DNA of 64,000 bases from Selaginella moellendorffii. Its lineage: Eukaryota; Plantae; Lycopodiophyta. Position 1 is the first letter of the stretch, and each line of letters opens with the position of its first letter. Of this stretch, positions 12,560 to 25,994 are shown piece by piece. The notes beneath the pieces are model-generated. The model did no database searches, had not been told where the DNA came from, and was given only the letters and a program-made list of their open reading frames with translations. The position numbers were made by a program, and so were the translations under genes. The stretch spans positions 512,371 to 576,370 of the forward strand of contig NW_003314278.1 of the NCBI RefSeq assembly GCF_000143415.4, written 5' to 3'.

Positions 12560-13552
12560 CTTTGACTCCTTCGATTGATGATTTGTTTTCGTGCAAAAAT
12601 GCTTTCTGATGTGATGAAGAAAATCAAGATTTGTTGCGATAACAAACCTCCCTTTTACCAAATGTTGCTCAACAAGGCCATGCAAAAAATTTCTATTCCA
12701 AATGAGAAGATAGATGATGTCTTTTGTCTTGAGGGATATCTCCATAAAAAGGCAAGTTTATCCTTTCCATCACAAATCAATTATACCAAATCACTTATAT
12801 GATAAAAGAGATCAAAGCCAAGTGGGATTAATGTTAGATGGATTAAAACAATGAGTTTGAGAGGGAGTTAGATCAAAATCCAAATTGGGGCCAGCTTAGA
12901 GGCATTATGTTCTTTGTGTGGGATAGGAATAATTAATTGAAGGTTTCAACTATTGCAATTAATCATTTTTTTCCTTTTGACAAGGAAAAACACATCTAAG
13001 TGGAGGTGTCATTCATCGACATAAAAGACAATGATGCATTATAGTTATATTAAACTATGCATTATGTGAATGAGTAAGTTCTTTTATATTACTCAATCCA
13101 AAATAGTGTTTTCATGAGTCTCTTTATAGCATCAATGAACATGGCATTTGAATAAGTGGCCTCCAAAACACTCTTTATAGCATCTATCAATTCTACTATG
13201 ACAACAAAGATATCATAGAAAAAAGGCTTTACAATAATTTGAAAGATGCAATCAATCATGATCGATAGAATGAAGTGAAGGGCAAAAAGAAAAATATTTA
13301 GTACCCTTTCACTTGTTGGTTTATTGCCAAGGTTCTTGCCCAGTATGTAGTTTTCAAATCTATTTATTATAGGATTTATTTATTTTATTTTATGTTTTCT
13401 TTATGAAGAACAAGATTGAAAATGACATTTTCAAAGTTATGGAGAAGATAAAGAATGTATCTATTAAAGAAGAAAAAAAGCTGGCCACCTAGAAAGTCTA
13501 TAATTGGTACAGCATGCTTTTTTGGAAGTACCTGTTATGTTTGGTGAAGTGC
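12560..13552 (+). pseudogene. 5' part of a degenerate ParB-like domain gene (continues after the gypsy insertion at 22535-22975)
   Basis: 12805-12960 reads KEIKAKWD*C*MD*NNEFERELDQNPNWGQLRGIMFFVWDRNN*LK, a decayed ParB/Srx-type hydrophobic-strand-DGNHRL motif. Later *YPFTCWFIAK; GT..AG intron-like breaks. Confidence 0.55.
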
Positions 13553-14296
13553 TGATAAAGGAAAAAGTCGGACGGAAGGAATATTTAGCAGCAAAAGTTC
13601 AAACATCAAAATGCCGCTAAGTCCCAAACAGTTGGACTCAAGGTCCAACTGCCCAAGTTTCAACCCAATGACTCCAACTTCAGTTTCTCAGCGATCTCGG
13701 TTCGACACTCTACAGCAGCAACTCTACAACAGACTTGAACACCAGATGGGTACAAATGACCCAGAAGCGGTTACCAGGAGTAGTTGCCAGCTGACGACAT
13801 CCGTACTGCAGACACAAACCCGAAAGGACCATGGCGACAAGCACAGACATGGTTGCCACAGACTTAGTATAAAAAGGCTAGCTGTGAGAGTGAGAAATTT
13901 ATCCCATCTCTACTCTACACAAAGGAAAGCTCTATAAAACTTTTCTTTATCAACTGCTTGTGAAATTTGACTTTCTACTCTATGTTCCAGGATCAACACC
14001 GAGATGCATTTAGTTTTCACTCAGTTTTACTTTCTGTTGTACCAATGCATTCACTTATTCTGGGTTTTTGTTGATTATGTGGCTTGTGCCATCCTTACCC
14101 ACCTTCAGTTCTGTTGACAGCCAAGTTCTTAGTGCAGATCGAGGAGTTGTACAACCGGCCAATCGTGTAGCCTCTCTTTCTATTCTTATCGGACTTGTAA
14201 TCTGACTGGCGACCAAATACTCAATTGAGCCAACCTTTTCACGATTTCACCATTCCAACCCCTTTTCCCTTTTCCCCTTTGTTCCATGATAACACA

Positions 14297-14313
14297 TGGC
14301 AACCACGGTGGGA
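14297..14313 (+). promoter_or_regulatory. primer-binding site, probably tRNA-Arg
   Basis: TGGCAACCACGGTGGGA 2 nt after the LTR; resembles the complement of the plant tRNA-Arg(TCG) 3' end as recalled, with two mismatches. Confidence 0.6.
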
Positions 14314-17300
14314 TGTTTGTCACAGAATCTGCATTTTCTTTTTTTAGTTTTCTCTTTTATGCATGCTGAAAAATTCCGGAAAAATCTCTTTTACTGATCA
14401 GTCATTTTGAGAAATTGGCGAGGAAAGCTGAAGACCTGCGCAGAAGCCCGAGGAAGGAGCAGTGCAGAGAATTGGATCGGAGACATTTGCGACGGAGCAT
14501 CATGAGCACCGTGACGATCAGTTTCAATTGCGGAGTACCTGGCGGCAACATGGAACGTTATGTCTAGCAGTCCCCCTTACACAAAGAATTATGAGGTATG
14601 TGGGAAATACCTCCTAAGGAAGACGAGCGAAAAGCGTGTTTGAAGAAGAGAGACGCATTGAGAGAAGTTGAAGCTATCAAGCTCCGAGAGAGAAGGCGAC
14701 TCGAGGAAGAGGAAGCCGAAGAGCGGGACAGGATAACTCAAGAAAAAGCTCGGCTTGACCAAGAGCGAGCTCGGGGAAGAACCGAAACCGGAATTCTGGT
14801 GGGGTAAACCCTAAAGAATATTCAGGATTCCAGAAGAGGGAGAGGACCGGTATACAAAAGGTATGAGCACAATAGTGAAGAAAGGGAGCCCACTGGAAGG
14901 AGGAGCTTTGTAGATCGATTTAAAGATTCATCTCCGGGGAGGATACTCAGCTCGGTTGGAAGTATCTTTGAGAGGAAGGACAAAGAGGCTGTCATCGACA
15001 AAGCCGAAGACGAAGGGGAGGATAGCGAAAAAAAGAAATGCCTCAACATCGGGAGGAACGAGATCCACAATGTTCCAATTGACGGCGGATCAGGTGTAAA
15101 CATTATCACGGAAGAGGTGTACCGACAATATGGGCTGGGACCAGCGGATCCAGCACCCTTTTTTGGTCCAAATGGCAGATCAAAGTAAGGTACATCCAAC
15201 AGGGATTCTCCGAGGGGTACAACTGAAGGTATTCAACCAACTTAATTGTGTTGAGGATGAATAGTATGAAACGCCCATACCAAATACTCCTAGGACGACC
15301 TTGGTTACGTCAGGCACGAGTCCTACATGACTGGAAAGCGAATGCCTTAACCATTCAAAAGAATGATCAGCGGTTACTGATATCCTTGAATTCAAAAACG
15401 TGACTACCAAAATCAAGTACCCCGCGTGACATTGAGGATTACGACTGGCAGTCTGGATTGAGCGACGAGGATGAGGACGCTCTGTTAAAATGTAATCCCG
15501 ATCTTGTGCAGATTGCAGAAGCGGATCTGTACCAGACGACGGTGGATTCCACAGACGCCATGAAGAACTTGGGTCTTACAGAGAAGTTCGTGAAACCAAG
15601 TGCAAAGAATGTGCAAGAAGAATCAGTGGAAAAACTGATTGAGCAACGAGATGAGACATTGGCGATGCATACGAACGAAGAGTTGGAGGAAATCGATTTG
15701 ACCGATCCCTTGGAAGAGCCCAAGAAACTGAAGATCGCCAAAGTTCTACCAAGAGGATTTAAGGAGCAAGTGTACCGACTACTACGACAGTACAAGGATG
15801 TTTTCACATGGAACTATGGCGACCTCAAGGGAGTTCCACCAGAGCTCTGTACACATCGGATCAAATTTCTTCCAACCAGCACACCCAAACGTCAAGCACC
15901 ATACCGAATGAATCCCAGTTTTATGACGAAGGAAAAAGAGGAGGTCGACAAGCTTCTTCAAGTTGGGTTCATCTACCCAATTGAAAATGCACAGTGGCTG
16001 TCACCCATTGTCGTTGTACCAAAAAAGAATGGCAAGCTGCACATCTGTGTCAACTACAAGAAGCTGAATGACAACATGGTGAAGGACTTCCATCCAATCC
16101 CTTTTACAGAGGAGATTCTCGACTCTGTCGCTGGACATGAGATGTACAGCTTCTTGGATGGATTCTCCAGGTACAACCAGGTCTTGAGAGGATCAACACA
16201 AGACAGCTTTCATTAGTCCATGGGGAGCATATGCCTACCGAGTTATGCCGTTTGGTTTGTGCAACGCACCGTTCACATTCCAATGTTTAGTCTCAGAAAC
16301 CTTCCGCAAATATCTTAGTACATTCATGAAGGTCTTCCTAGACGACTTCAGCGTATACAGTAAACAACAGGAACACCTAGAGCATCTCACCAAGTGTTTT
16401 GAGAGATGCCAACAACATCGCATCGCTCTTAACCCGGAGAAGTGCACTTTCTTTGTCAAGTCCAGAGTATTACTAGGACATGTTGTCTGCAAAGACGGCA
16501 TCCTCATCGACAATGACAAAGTTAAGGTAATCTAGACTTTGGAGCCTCCAACCAACATTGGAGAACTCCGACGGTTCCTTGGAAAGTTGGGTTATCACCG
16601 CAGGTTCATCAAAGGGTATGCTACAATAGCAAAACCATTCATGGAACTACTCAAGAAGGATAACCCATATGACTGGACTGACAAGTGTCAGCAGAGTTTC
16701 CAGTTCCTGAAGACTGCCCTCACCAAAGCACCAATTCTTGCAGTACCCAAGTGGAACTGCAAGTTCAACGTTCTCGTAGACACATCTCACATTGCGATTG
16801 GATGCATGCTCACACAGACTCAAGATGACGGCAAAGACCGACCAATCTACTACACTAGCAAGAGGTTGGCACCAGCGGAGTCCAACTACACGACCACCGA
16901 GAAGGAGTGCCTCGGAATGGTATATGCTGTCAAGAAGTTCTGCCACTATTTGTTGGCCAACCACATTAAGTTCGTAGTCAATCACCTGGCACTACTCCAT
17001 CTTCTCAACAAGCCGAATCCAACAGGAAGGTTGGCACGGTGGTTCTTACTCCTACAAGAATTCGACTTTGAGATCATCCATCGACCAGGACGATTGAACG
17101 AGCAAGCGGATCATCTCAGCAGGATTACTACGGGAGAACCACCAACAGGAATACCTGACGAGTTTCCAGACACCTCATTGTTTCAGGTTCAGGTATACAA
17201 GCTGGATCCTGAAGACTTGATCGTCGACATCCACTACTATCTCAAGACTGGCCAGATGCCCAACCACATTCAAACACGGGATGAGCGCAAGACCTTCCTA

Positions 17301-18459
17301 CTTAAGTCTCAACCTTACTCTATCGTTCTATTGCCAAGGAAAGAACATGGTCCTACGCCGGTACGTTTCACCCGAGGAAACGAACTTCATCATCGAGGAA
17401 GAACACAAAGGATCACATGGAGGACACTTTGCTGCGCAAACAACCGGATGAAAGATTTTACAAGCCGGACTATGGTGGCCAACTTTGTTCAAAGATGTCA
17501 CCAAATATTGTCGTCAGTGTGACATTTGTATGAGATACATTGCAGCGCCTGCACAACAGGCTTGACCACTCCAACCCACGATGCTGTTGGAGTCATTTAT
17601 GAAGTGGGGCATGGATTTCATAGGACCCATCAACCCTCCAAGCAGTTGCCGCAACTCCTACATTCTGGTCATCACCGACTACATTACCAAGTGGGCTGAA
17701 GCTGTCGCATTACCTGACTGTAAGGCACGACGAGTGGCAAACTTTCTCTACCAACACATCGTTACAAGGTATGGTGTACCGTTGGAAATCATCAGCGACC
17801 GGGGTACACACTTCTTGAACAAGGTGATCAACCATCTCTTCACGGTGTACAACATCAAACAGAAGTTATCAGCACCCTACTATCCTCAAGTGAATGGACA
17901 AGTGAAAGCCACCAACAAAATCCTGAAGACCATTCTGGCCAAAATCGTTAACCAGTCCAGGAGGGACTGGGATGACAAACTAACCTCTGCTTTGTGGGCT
18001 TACCGCACTTCTTACAAAACAGCTACAGGACAAACACTGTTCCAACTCACATACAGACTGGAAGCGATTACACCCATCGAGTTCATAGTTCCCTCACTTC
18101 AAATTGCCGTGGAGCATCAACTCGGAGACGTTGAAGTTCTTCAGCACCATCTCCAACAACTCGAGGAGTTGGACGAGAAGCACTTGGAAGCGTACTACCA
18201 CATCCGCGCTATGCAGTCAAGGCAGAAGGCGTGGCATGATCGTGCGATGCACAGTCATCAACGGGATCCTATCTGTGTTGGTGACTGGGTATATCACTAC
18301 CAGGGTAAGATCAAACCTATTGGTCATAAGTTTGTGCCCAAGTGGAAAGGTCCGTATGTTGTGCGTGAGGTTAACCTCAACGGCAGTGTACTACTTGAGG
18401 AACCGAATGATCCTGATGCTCAACATAGCACCAACATCAACAAGCTGACCAAGCTGTGA

Positions 18460-21400
18460 CGTAACCCTCCGCTCTTACCGCCCGAGAAGGACGGTCAGGT
18501 AAGTTTGGGAGAGCCTCTACCAGCGATAGATGAAGAGGAGTCTGAGTCGGAAAAGGAGCGAGAGGAGGAAGAAGCCGAAGTAGAAGGCTGGTGTACGGAA
18601 GTACATTGGGAGGAATTGAGTGATGAAGACACTGGCAAAATGGAAGTTAAGATGAAACTGCGGGATACGTATGGAAAACCGGAAAAGGAGTTCGATTGGC
18701 ATTGGATCATGAGGACACCGTTGCACAAGTATGCACAACATCAAGTCAACATCAATCAGGAGATACGGAGTATGCAATCAGAGGATTCAACGTGGAGCAA
18801 AAGATGTTGTGTTTTGAAGCAAGAGAAACACCGGTGACCAAAGCGAAAATTCGAAAGGCGTTCGACATTCCTCAGGTAGGAGGAGAAGTCAATCCTACAC
18901 GAGAAATTCCAACTGACACCAAGTGGTTGGAACCGTATTTACGGACGAAGGATCTGGGGAGTACAACCCGTTTGTCCTACGGCAAGAAGGCATTGGCACC
19001 TGGATTCCGAAGACGGATAGTCACACTGGCACACGCGTTGATTATGAGGATGGACTACAAGGAGTTAGACTGGAAGTGATGTGGATCTTTCACCACTTCC
19101 ACAATGAATATCCTATTGATTGGGCGAGCATACTTTTAAAGCAGATGGTTAATGCAGTGCAGCGGGTGCAAGAAGCGAGAGATATCGGGGGACGCATCCC
19201 AATCCAATCACAGTGGGGACACCTACTCTACACTATTATTACGACGGAGCCCAAATTAAGACGATTAATTTCGCTGCACGGTGGCCAAGATATTAAGTCC
19301 CAATTATTTTTCTGTGGGCAACCATTTTTCGCACCAAAGAAGGACCTCAACCATTGGCATGTGGAAGTAACGGTCAGGATGAATCGTCGTTTAGGGGAGG
19401 AAAAGCCAAAAGAAGTTCCGACGGAGGAAAACGCAATTAGGGTTTCTAAGTCGGAGCCGATGGTTGCATTTTTGACAGTGTTCACCATCAGAGAAGATGC
19501 AACCAGGATGACGGCAATCGCAAGTTCTTCTCTCCTACCACTCAAGGTGAAGAAGGCAAGGTGCAAGGGGAAGAACACCGACAGTGCCTGGTTCAACAAC
19601 CGCGAACTGGGAGGTAACTTCAAATGGCTCAGAGAAGGGTTGATTGGACCATCTCCGGAGGAAGAGCAGTTTTACTCGCAGATGATGATGGCGATGGATC
19701 CAAGCAGGGGAACCATCTGGTTCTACGGTAAAGAGATCCTGTTGAATAACAAGTTCTTCAGCAAGGTGTTCGCGTTCCCTAACGAGGTGTATGAGATGGA
19801 GAAACCGCCGTCAAAGATCTACAACGAGTATAGGCCGTACCTGAAGGAGGGGACGACCTGGGAGGAACATCTCGCAAGGAGAGCGAAGACCAGGCGGCTG
19901 CAGCTATCCGAGTTCTGCGCCGAGGTGGTAGCAGTACTTCGCCCTCTTAGTGTGATCATGGGGTGCAGGAACAACCCAAAGAGCGTCCCCATCAACGTGC
20001 TGTGGGTGTTCATCACAGCAGATCGGAATCGGTTCATGAACTGGGCTATGATTTTTCGGGGGTTGTTTTTCCGAGTAGTCGAGACGGCGAGGAAGTTGAT
20101 GATGAAGAACAATGGTGGCAACACCATCCTCTACCTTCTGGCTCACATGTCTACATTCCTTGATCTGAGGGTTGGGGACTACTACAAGTTTCGGCCCTAC
20201 AGAATGCTGACCGACATCCCGGATCATCGGACAACTATGGCATTTTTCAAGCGTGTGGAGACGGAGGAGGATGGCCTGTTCCGACTTTTAAAGCCGGGGG
20301 AACCCACAGACCGAGTGGTCACAGGGATTGAAGAGGAAGAGACAGACGCAGGTGAAGAAGATGGACCAGCGGCAGGATCGGGATGGGGTGGACTGTATAT
20401 CGACACCTCGTCCAAGGAGGGAGTTCAGCTCTACTTCGACAAGACGGCTCGAACACATCCGGTTCCACGACCAGATACCCCTCCGCCAGCTGTGTGTCTG
20501 ATTCCACGTCAAATCATCCAGATCATTATGACACGTAAGCAGCAGCAAGCCCTAAACGGTAACCCATCAACGCCAACTCCAAGAACGGTGTTGATGGATT
20601 GGGATTGCCCACGTTAGCAAGTAAATCAAGAAAGGCAACTCCTTATAAGTGCGCAAGCAGTTTGCAGGGCAAGGACGGGAAAAGCACCAGCAGAGCTGAG
20701 GGCCAAGAAAGCAGGAGGCCGAGGAGCAGATGGTTCACCAGCAGCACGACTGCCTGCTACACCCCGAGGAGCTCACATCCAGGTAATACCTGTCCACCCC
20801 GCTTCTGCAAACTCCCCAACTCCCTTACGGAGTTCTGCACCACCTTTCGAGATACCAGTAGTCGGAGCCACGGAGGTGACAGATATGGAGCAAGAGCACC
20901 ACCAGGAAAGACGGGAGGAGGAAGTTCCAGCGGACCCATGGGGTGGGTTCACTCAAGAACCGGAACTGCAGCCTGCCCAAGTATTGCTCCATCCAACCAC
21001 CCCAAACGCCGAAGAGGAGATGGGACGACATCAGGTGTTGGAGCGTGTACCACCGGCACCACTGCCGGAGAACGGACAGTAGGAGGCTGTACCCGACGTG
21101 TGACCCATGGAGGTGGAGCACCCGTCAAGTCGGCAGGATGAGACGTGCAAGCGAGCACATTCCCCACCCCACAACGGCAAGGGTGAACACCGCAAACACT
21201 GTGGTGATGGCCGAGAGGAACCATGCCAAGAAGCTCGACCTTCTCGTCACCAACAGCACAAGGACACGGCGCAGATCTTCCTGACACTGGCCCACGAAGA
21301 GGAGATCAGCCAAAAGTTGGAAGGAAGACTCTGTACGATGGAGGAGAAAGTGTCCCAGTTCGAGGGGCATCTGATTGGAGTACAGAAGTTCATCGAAGAA

Positions 21401-21574
21401 CACCACAAACAGCTCCTCACAGCCATCACCAATCTGTCAGAGCGCCTTCCTACCACCACAGATCTGCCTGAAGACGAGCAAGAGGAGTTGCGCCAACTCC
21501 GAGAGACCAATGAACGGTATGAGCAGTTTTTCAGCAACATGCCGCGCCCTCCTGTTTGCACCAAGGGACATTGA
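18460..21574 (+). pseudogene. extra sense-strand ORF region of the gypsy element: two PMD/Transposase_32-like domains, Pro/acidic linker, C-terminal coiled coil
   Basis: Overlapping ORFs 18505-18837, 18696-19079, 18923-20617 and 21107-21574 joined by frameshifts. Repeated pattern VTKAKIRKAFDIP...IDWASILLKQM and LNNKFFSKVFAFP...MNWAMIFRGLF. Confidence 0.6.
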
Positions 21575-23200
21575 GAGGGGGAATTCACCCGGTACAAGCT
21601 CACTTCTGTCAAGTCTATCAAGTTCCTTTCTGCTCAAACCTAAGAGAAATAAAGAAAACTATTTACATGAGAAAATTGCTTCACATAAAAATGAACAAAA
21701 AGTACAAAATGAAGGCACATCGATCAAGCAATCTACACACTCTGAGGACGGGAGTGTCGTTTAAGTCTGGGAGTGTGATAAAGGAAAAAGTCGGACGGAA
21801 AGCACAAGTTCAAACATCAAAATGCCACTAAGTCCCAAACAGTTGGACTCAAGGTTCAACTGCCCAAGTTCCAACTCAACAACTCCAACTTCTGTTTCTC
21901 AGTGATCTCGGTTCGACACTCTACAGCAGCAACTCTACAACAGACTCGAACACCGGACAGGTACAAATGACCCAGAAGCGGTTACCAGGAGCGGTTGCCA
22001 GATGACAACATCTATACTGCAGACACAAACCTGAAAGGACCATGGTGACAAGCACGGACACGGTTGCCAAGGACTTAGTATAAAAAGGCTAGCTGTGAGA
22101 GTGAGAAATTTATCCCATCTCTACTCTACACAAAGGAAAGCTCTATAAAACTTTTCTTTATCAACTGCTTGTGAGATTTGACTTCTTACTCTGTGTTCCG
22201 GGATCGACATTGAGATGCATTTAGTTTTCACTCAGTTTTACTTTCTGTTGTACCAATGCATTCACTTATTCTGGGTTTTTGTTGATTCTGTGGCCTGCGC
22301 CATCCTTACCCACCTTCAGTTCTGTTGACAGCCAAGTTCTTAGTGCGGATCGAGGAGTTGTACGACTGGCCAATCATGTAGCCTCTCTTTCTATTCTCAT
22401 CGGACTTGTAATCTGACTGGCGACCAAATACTCAACTGAGCCAACCTTTTCACGATTTCACCATTCCAACCCCTTTTCCCTTTTCCCCTTTGTTTCCTTC
22501 TTTTCTCCGTAACACCTGTTTTTCCATGATAACAAGTGCACCTTGGGAAGAACTGAACAAAGATGGTGACTACTTTTGACTTGACAGACATGGGGTCTCA
22601 TATAGAAAAACTCTATCACTTGGCAAAGGCAAATTTTCCTCAAGAGGCACATGACAAATGGTTGGTGGACTTTTTGGAATAGCCAAACCAGTAGAAAAAT
22701 TGGGGGGTGCCAAAGGATGATAATAATTTTCGTCTTTGGTGCAATAACAAGCTTGAATCACTAAGATTTTGGAGTTTGCATCAAATGAGATAAAAAAAGG
22801 TATTTCCAAATTGTCTTTTTTTAAAAGATCATATATCATCAAGCCCCGATAATATGATTACTTTAAAGAGATCAAGGGTCAATATATGATCAAAATATTT
22901 GGAATGGCAAATAGCAATGGTGCTTGGGATGCAAGATTCATGAATTGGTCCTCCAAACCACTTGCTTTTATGTAAGCTTCCATCCTTTATAACCATTTGG
23001 TATTGAGTTGCATTTTTTTTGGTTTTTCTTCTTTATCTATCATGTTTTTATCCTCCTTGTTTTATATATTTATGTAGCATTTGGTTCTAATTTATGTATT
23101 GTATGGCATTTTTTATGTTTATTTGCTTTCTTATGTGTTTTCTTTTCTTTTATGCATTTCATTCAGTTTTGAATGCAATTTTTGTTCAATGCTCCATAAT

Positions 23201-23308
23201 GTAGAGAGAGATTATTTGGGACCGAATGGTTTCTCTCTACCACCACAATAAAGAATCTTGTGGTCTAGAGAGAGAAATAACTTGATCCTAAATATTTTCT
23301 CTCTCTAC
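23201..23308. repeat. imperfect ~50-bp-arm inverted repeat
   Basis: GTAGAGAGAGATTATTTGGGACC...ACCACA versus TGTGGT...TTTTCTCTCTCTAC, with a ~12-nt loop. Confidence 0.6.
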
Positions 23309-23699
23309 CCTATAGAGTAGTTAAACTTTATTTTTTGTAAATTTTTTTATGCTGACTACTATACACTTAAATTTTTATAAGTACTTCAAAAACCTTATAG
23401 CAGATAGATGGATTCATAGGTTATGAAAAATTGCAAACTTCTGGAATAATAAGGATGAAAATAGAACAATGTTCGAGGAGTGTTTCTGTGAGACACAAAT
23501 CCCTAAGCCCCAAAGTGGTGCTACGTGGGCCGAAGCAAAAGCCAAACAAGTGTAATATGTTTGAACTAAAAGCTTTGACTTAGATAGTCGAGAGTGAGAG
23601 TGGCAAAGTGCTTGAGGAACAACCACAAAGCAAGTAGTAAGTGAGTCTCTAAAAAAGAGACATAAGAGGACCAACACATGATATATGGAAGTGTTGAAA

Positions 23700-24140
23700 T
23701 GGAGTCCGAGATAAATTTGAGAAGGAGCTCGAGATGGACCCGAGAAGGAGTCTAAGATGGATTCGAGATGGAGTCAGAGAAGGACCCGAGATGGAATCCG
23801 AGATAGACCCAAGATAGAGTCCAAAATGGACCTGAGATGGAGTCCAAGATGGACCCAAGATAAAGTCTAAAATGGAGTCTGAGAAAGACTTGAAATAAAG
23901 TCCAAGATGGACCTAAGATGGTGTCTAAGATGGAGTTTGAGATGGACACAAGATGGAGTCCGAGATGGACCCAAGATAGAATCCGAGATGGACCCAAGAT
24001 AGAGTCCGAGATGGACTTGAAATGGAGTCTGAGGTCAAGACCGAGACTGAGACCAAGACTAAGGTCGAGACCAAGACTAAAACTAAAACCAAGACCGAGT
24101 CCGAGTCTAAGTCCAAGTTCAAGTCCAAGTCCAAGTCTGA
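23700..24140. repeat. degenerate tandem array (GAGATGGACCC/GAGATGGAGTCC units, then RAGWCY hexamers) in LTR A; paralogous array at ~30660-31006
   Basis: Directly visible periodicity in both LTR copies. Confidence 0.85.
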
Positions 24141-24641
24141 GAGTGAAAGCCCAAAGTATTCATCTCCTAGACCTTGAGGGGTTTGGTGAGCTTCAAAAGT
24201 ATGGTAGGGGGAAGACTCTAGGGGAGCTAGTTTAGCTTGAAAAAGCTAGTGTGACCAAGGAAGGCTACCCACATATTGGGTGATGATATAATCACTAAAG
24301 AGTCTAAGGCTAAAGTGAATATGGACAAATAAACAAGGTAACTTGGTGAAGTGTTCAAAAGCTGGCTTTAACTCCCCTGAGAGATTAACTAGTTGATGCT
24401 CTCAATCCAAATGTGGGTGGCATTACCTACTTGGATACCTGACGTGGCTCATTGGAACCTCACTTTTGGCTAGGGCACCTAAAGGCAGAATGTGAAGAGA
24501 GTACCCACAAGGCTCATATATGGCTATAATGTTTCAAAATGTCATTCCAAAGTTCTAGACTGTTAAAAAGAAGAGGAGTAGTCCTCTAGTGTAGTGACCA
24601 AGGATACGATCACATGGTGAGGAAGTCCCAAAGGACACTAG

Positions 24642-25994
24642 TGTAAGCCACAAGTTTTTCTTTTCTAATTTGCCAACTTATCTTGTCTATCTAACCAACA
24701 CTGCCTTAGCTTTAGCTAACTTCCCTCGCCAAAGTTCCCGCCTATTATACCAGCTTCTACTTGGTCCTACTTAGTTTTAGCTATTCACTACATGAGCAAT
24801 GGAGCGTTAGCCATCCATCCACGGATTCCCAAATCTCTCCCAATCCCCCTCCCTGGGTTAAACTGGACTTAAAGTTTAGCTACACTCCCCACAGGCACAA
24901 GCAGTAAAACACACCAAGCCTCCAAGTTCCTAACATCGTTTGGTACAACAAGATTTGGTCATGGGCTCTAAATCCCAAGCCTTGGGTGCAACACTTACTT
25001 CAAGATGCTGAGGTGAAACACTATGGCCTAACGGCCCGGTATGGGTACCTCTACCCCCCCACTTCCATCCTGAAAGGAAGGCATAAGCCCCTAGGAAGAG
25101 TGAGGACCAATGAGCTGCAAGGTACTCAAGTGGGGCACCACTCCATATAAACTGGGAGCACCGTAGTCAGTTTCCCTTCCAGGAGTGGGAGTTACTCTTG
25201 AGCACTTCCTTGGGTGGCCCCTCCAGCACCACCCGAGTCCATGCAATTTCAACCTCAAGTCAGTTTGGAAGCACCACTAGAGAGTTCCTTCAATATTGGT
25301 TCCTAGACCTCACTATCCCTACTATACTTTTGGAACCCCCTGCAGCCCCCCCCCCCCCCCCCCTTGGGAGACACACGCTTTGGGCTTTCACCCCTCAACC
25401 TGTATTAGTACTCGGACTTGGTCTCGAACTTGATCTCGAACTCGATCTCAGACCCGACTTCGGACTCGGTCTCAAACTCGATCTTAGACTCGACCTCATA
25501 CCCGATCTTGGACTCGACCTCAGACCCGATCTTGGACTCGACCTTGGACTTGGTCTCGGACCCGATCTTGGATCTTGGACTCTGTCTTGAACTCGGTCTC
25601 AAACTCAGTCTCGAACTAGGTCTCGAAGTCAACCTTGGACTTGATCCCAGACTCTATCTCGATCTCAGACTTGATCTTGGACCCGACTTCGGACTCGGTC
25701 TTGGACTCGATCTTGGACTCGACCTTGGACCTGATCTCGGACTCAACCTCGGACTCGACCTCGAACTCAGTCTCGGACCCGATCTCGGATCTCGGACTCT
25801 GTCTCGAACTCGGTCTTGAACTAGGTCTCAGAGTCGGCCTTGGACTCGATCCCAGACTTTATCTCGAACTCGGTCTTAGAGTCGGTCTTCGACTTGATCT
25901 CAGACTTGGTCCCATCCGATGAACTCTTTATCATTTCGGTCGTGCTTTTGGGGATCCTTTATCCTACGACACCTCAGGGAGTTGGTTCCTTACA
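24642..25994. mobile_element. solo LTR (family B) nested in the 5' LTR of element A, opposite orientation to 10453-11300
   Basis: TGTAAG...CTTACA ends; absent from the other A LTR at ~31520; degenerate TSD ACTAG/AGTGG; contains a ~500-bp hexamer array (25408-25910) and a poly-C run (~25345-25363). Confidence 0.85.

Larger units (their letters stand above)
13553..22534 (+). mobile_element. full-length non-chromovirus Ty3/gypsy LTR retrotransposon with a long post-integrase ORF
   Basis: LTRs 13553-14294 and 21776-22534 (TGATAA...ATAACA), perfect TSD AGTGC (13548-13552, 22535-22539). Protease VPIDGGSGVNI (~15070-15105), RT FLDD (16245-16535 ORF), RNase H (16539-17522), integrase SDRGTHF and KWKGPY (17581-18459). 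Frameshifts and stops present. Confidence 0.95.

Noticed and set aside
18923-20617. Extra ORF as a retroviral env gene
   Set aside because: No signal peptide, clear transmembrane anchor or cleavage/fusion motif is visible.
23700-25910. Periodic arrays as CRISPR or as coding repeats (LGLDLGPD / SDSISD ORFs)
   Set aside because: No unique spacers or cas genes. They are degenerate 6-12-bp tandem units inside LTRs, and their ORFs are by-products of hexamer periodicity.
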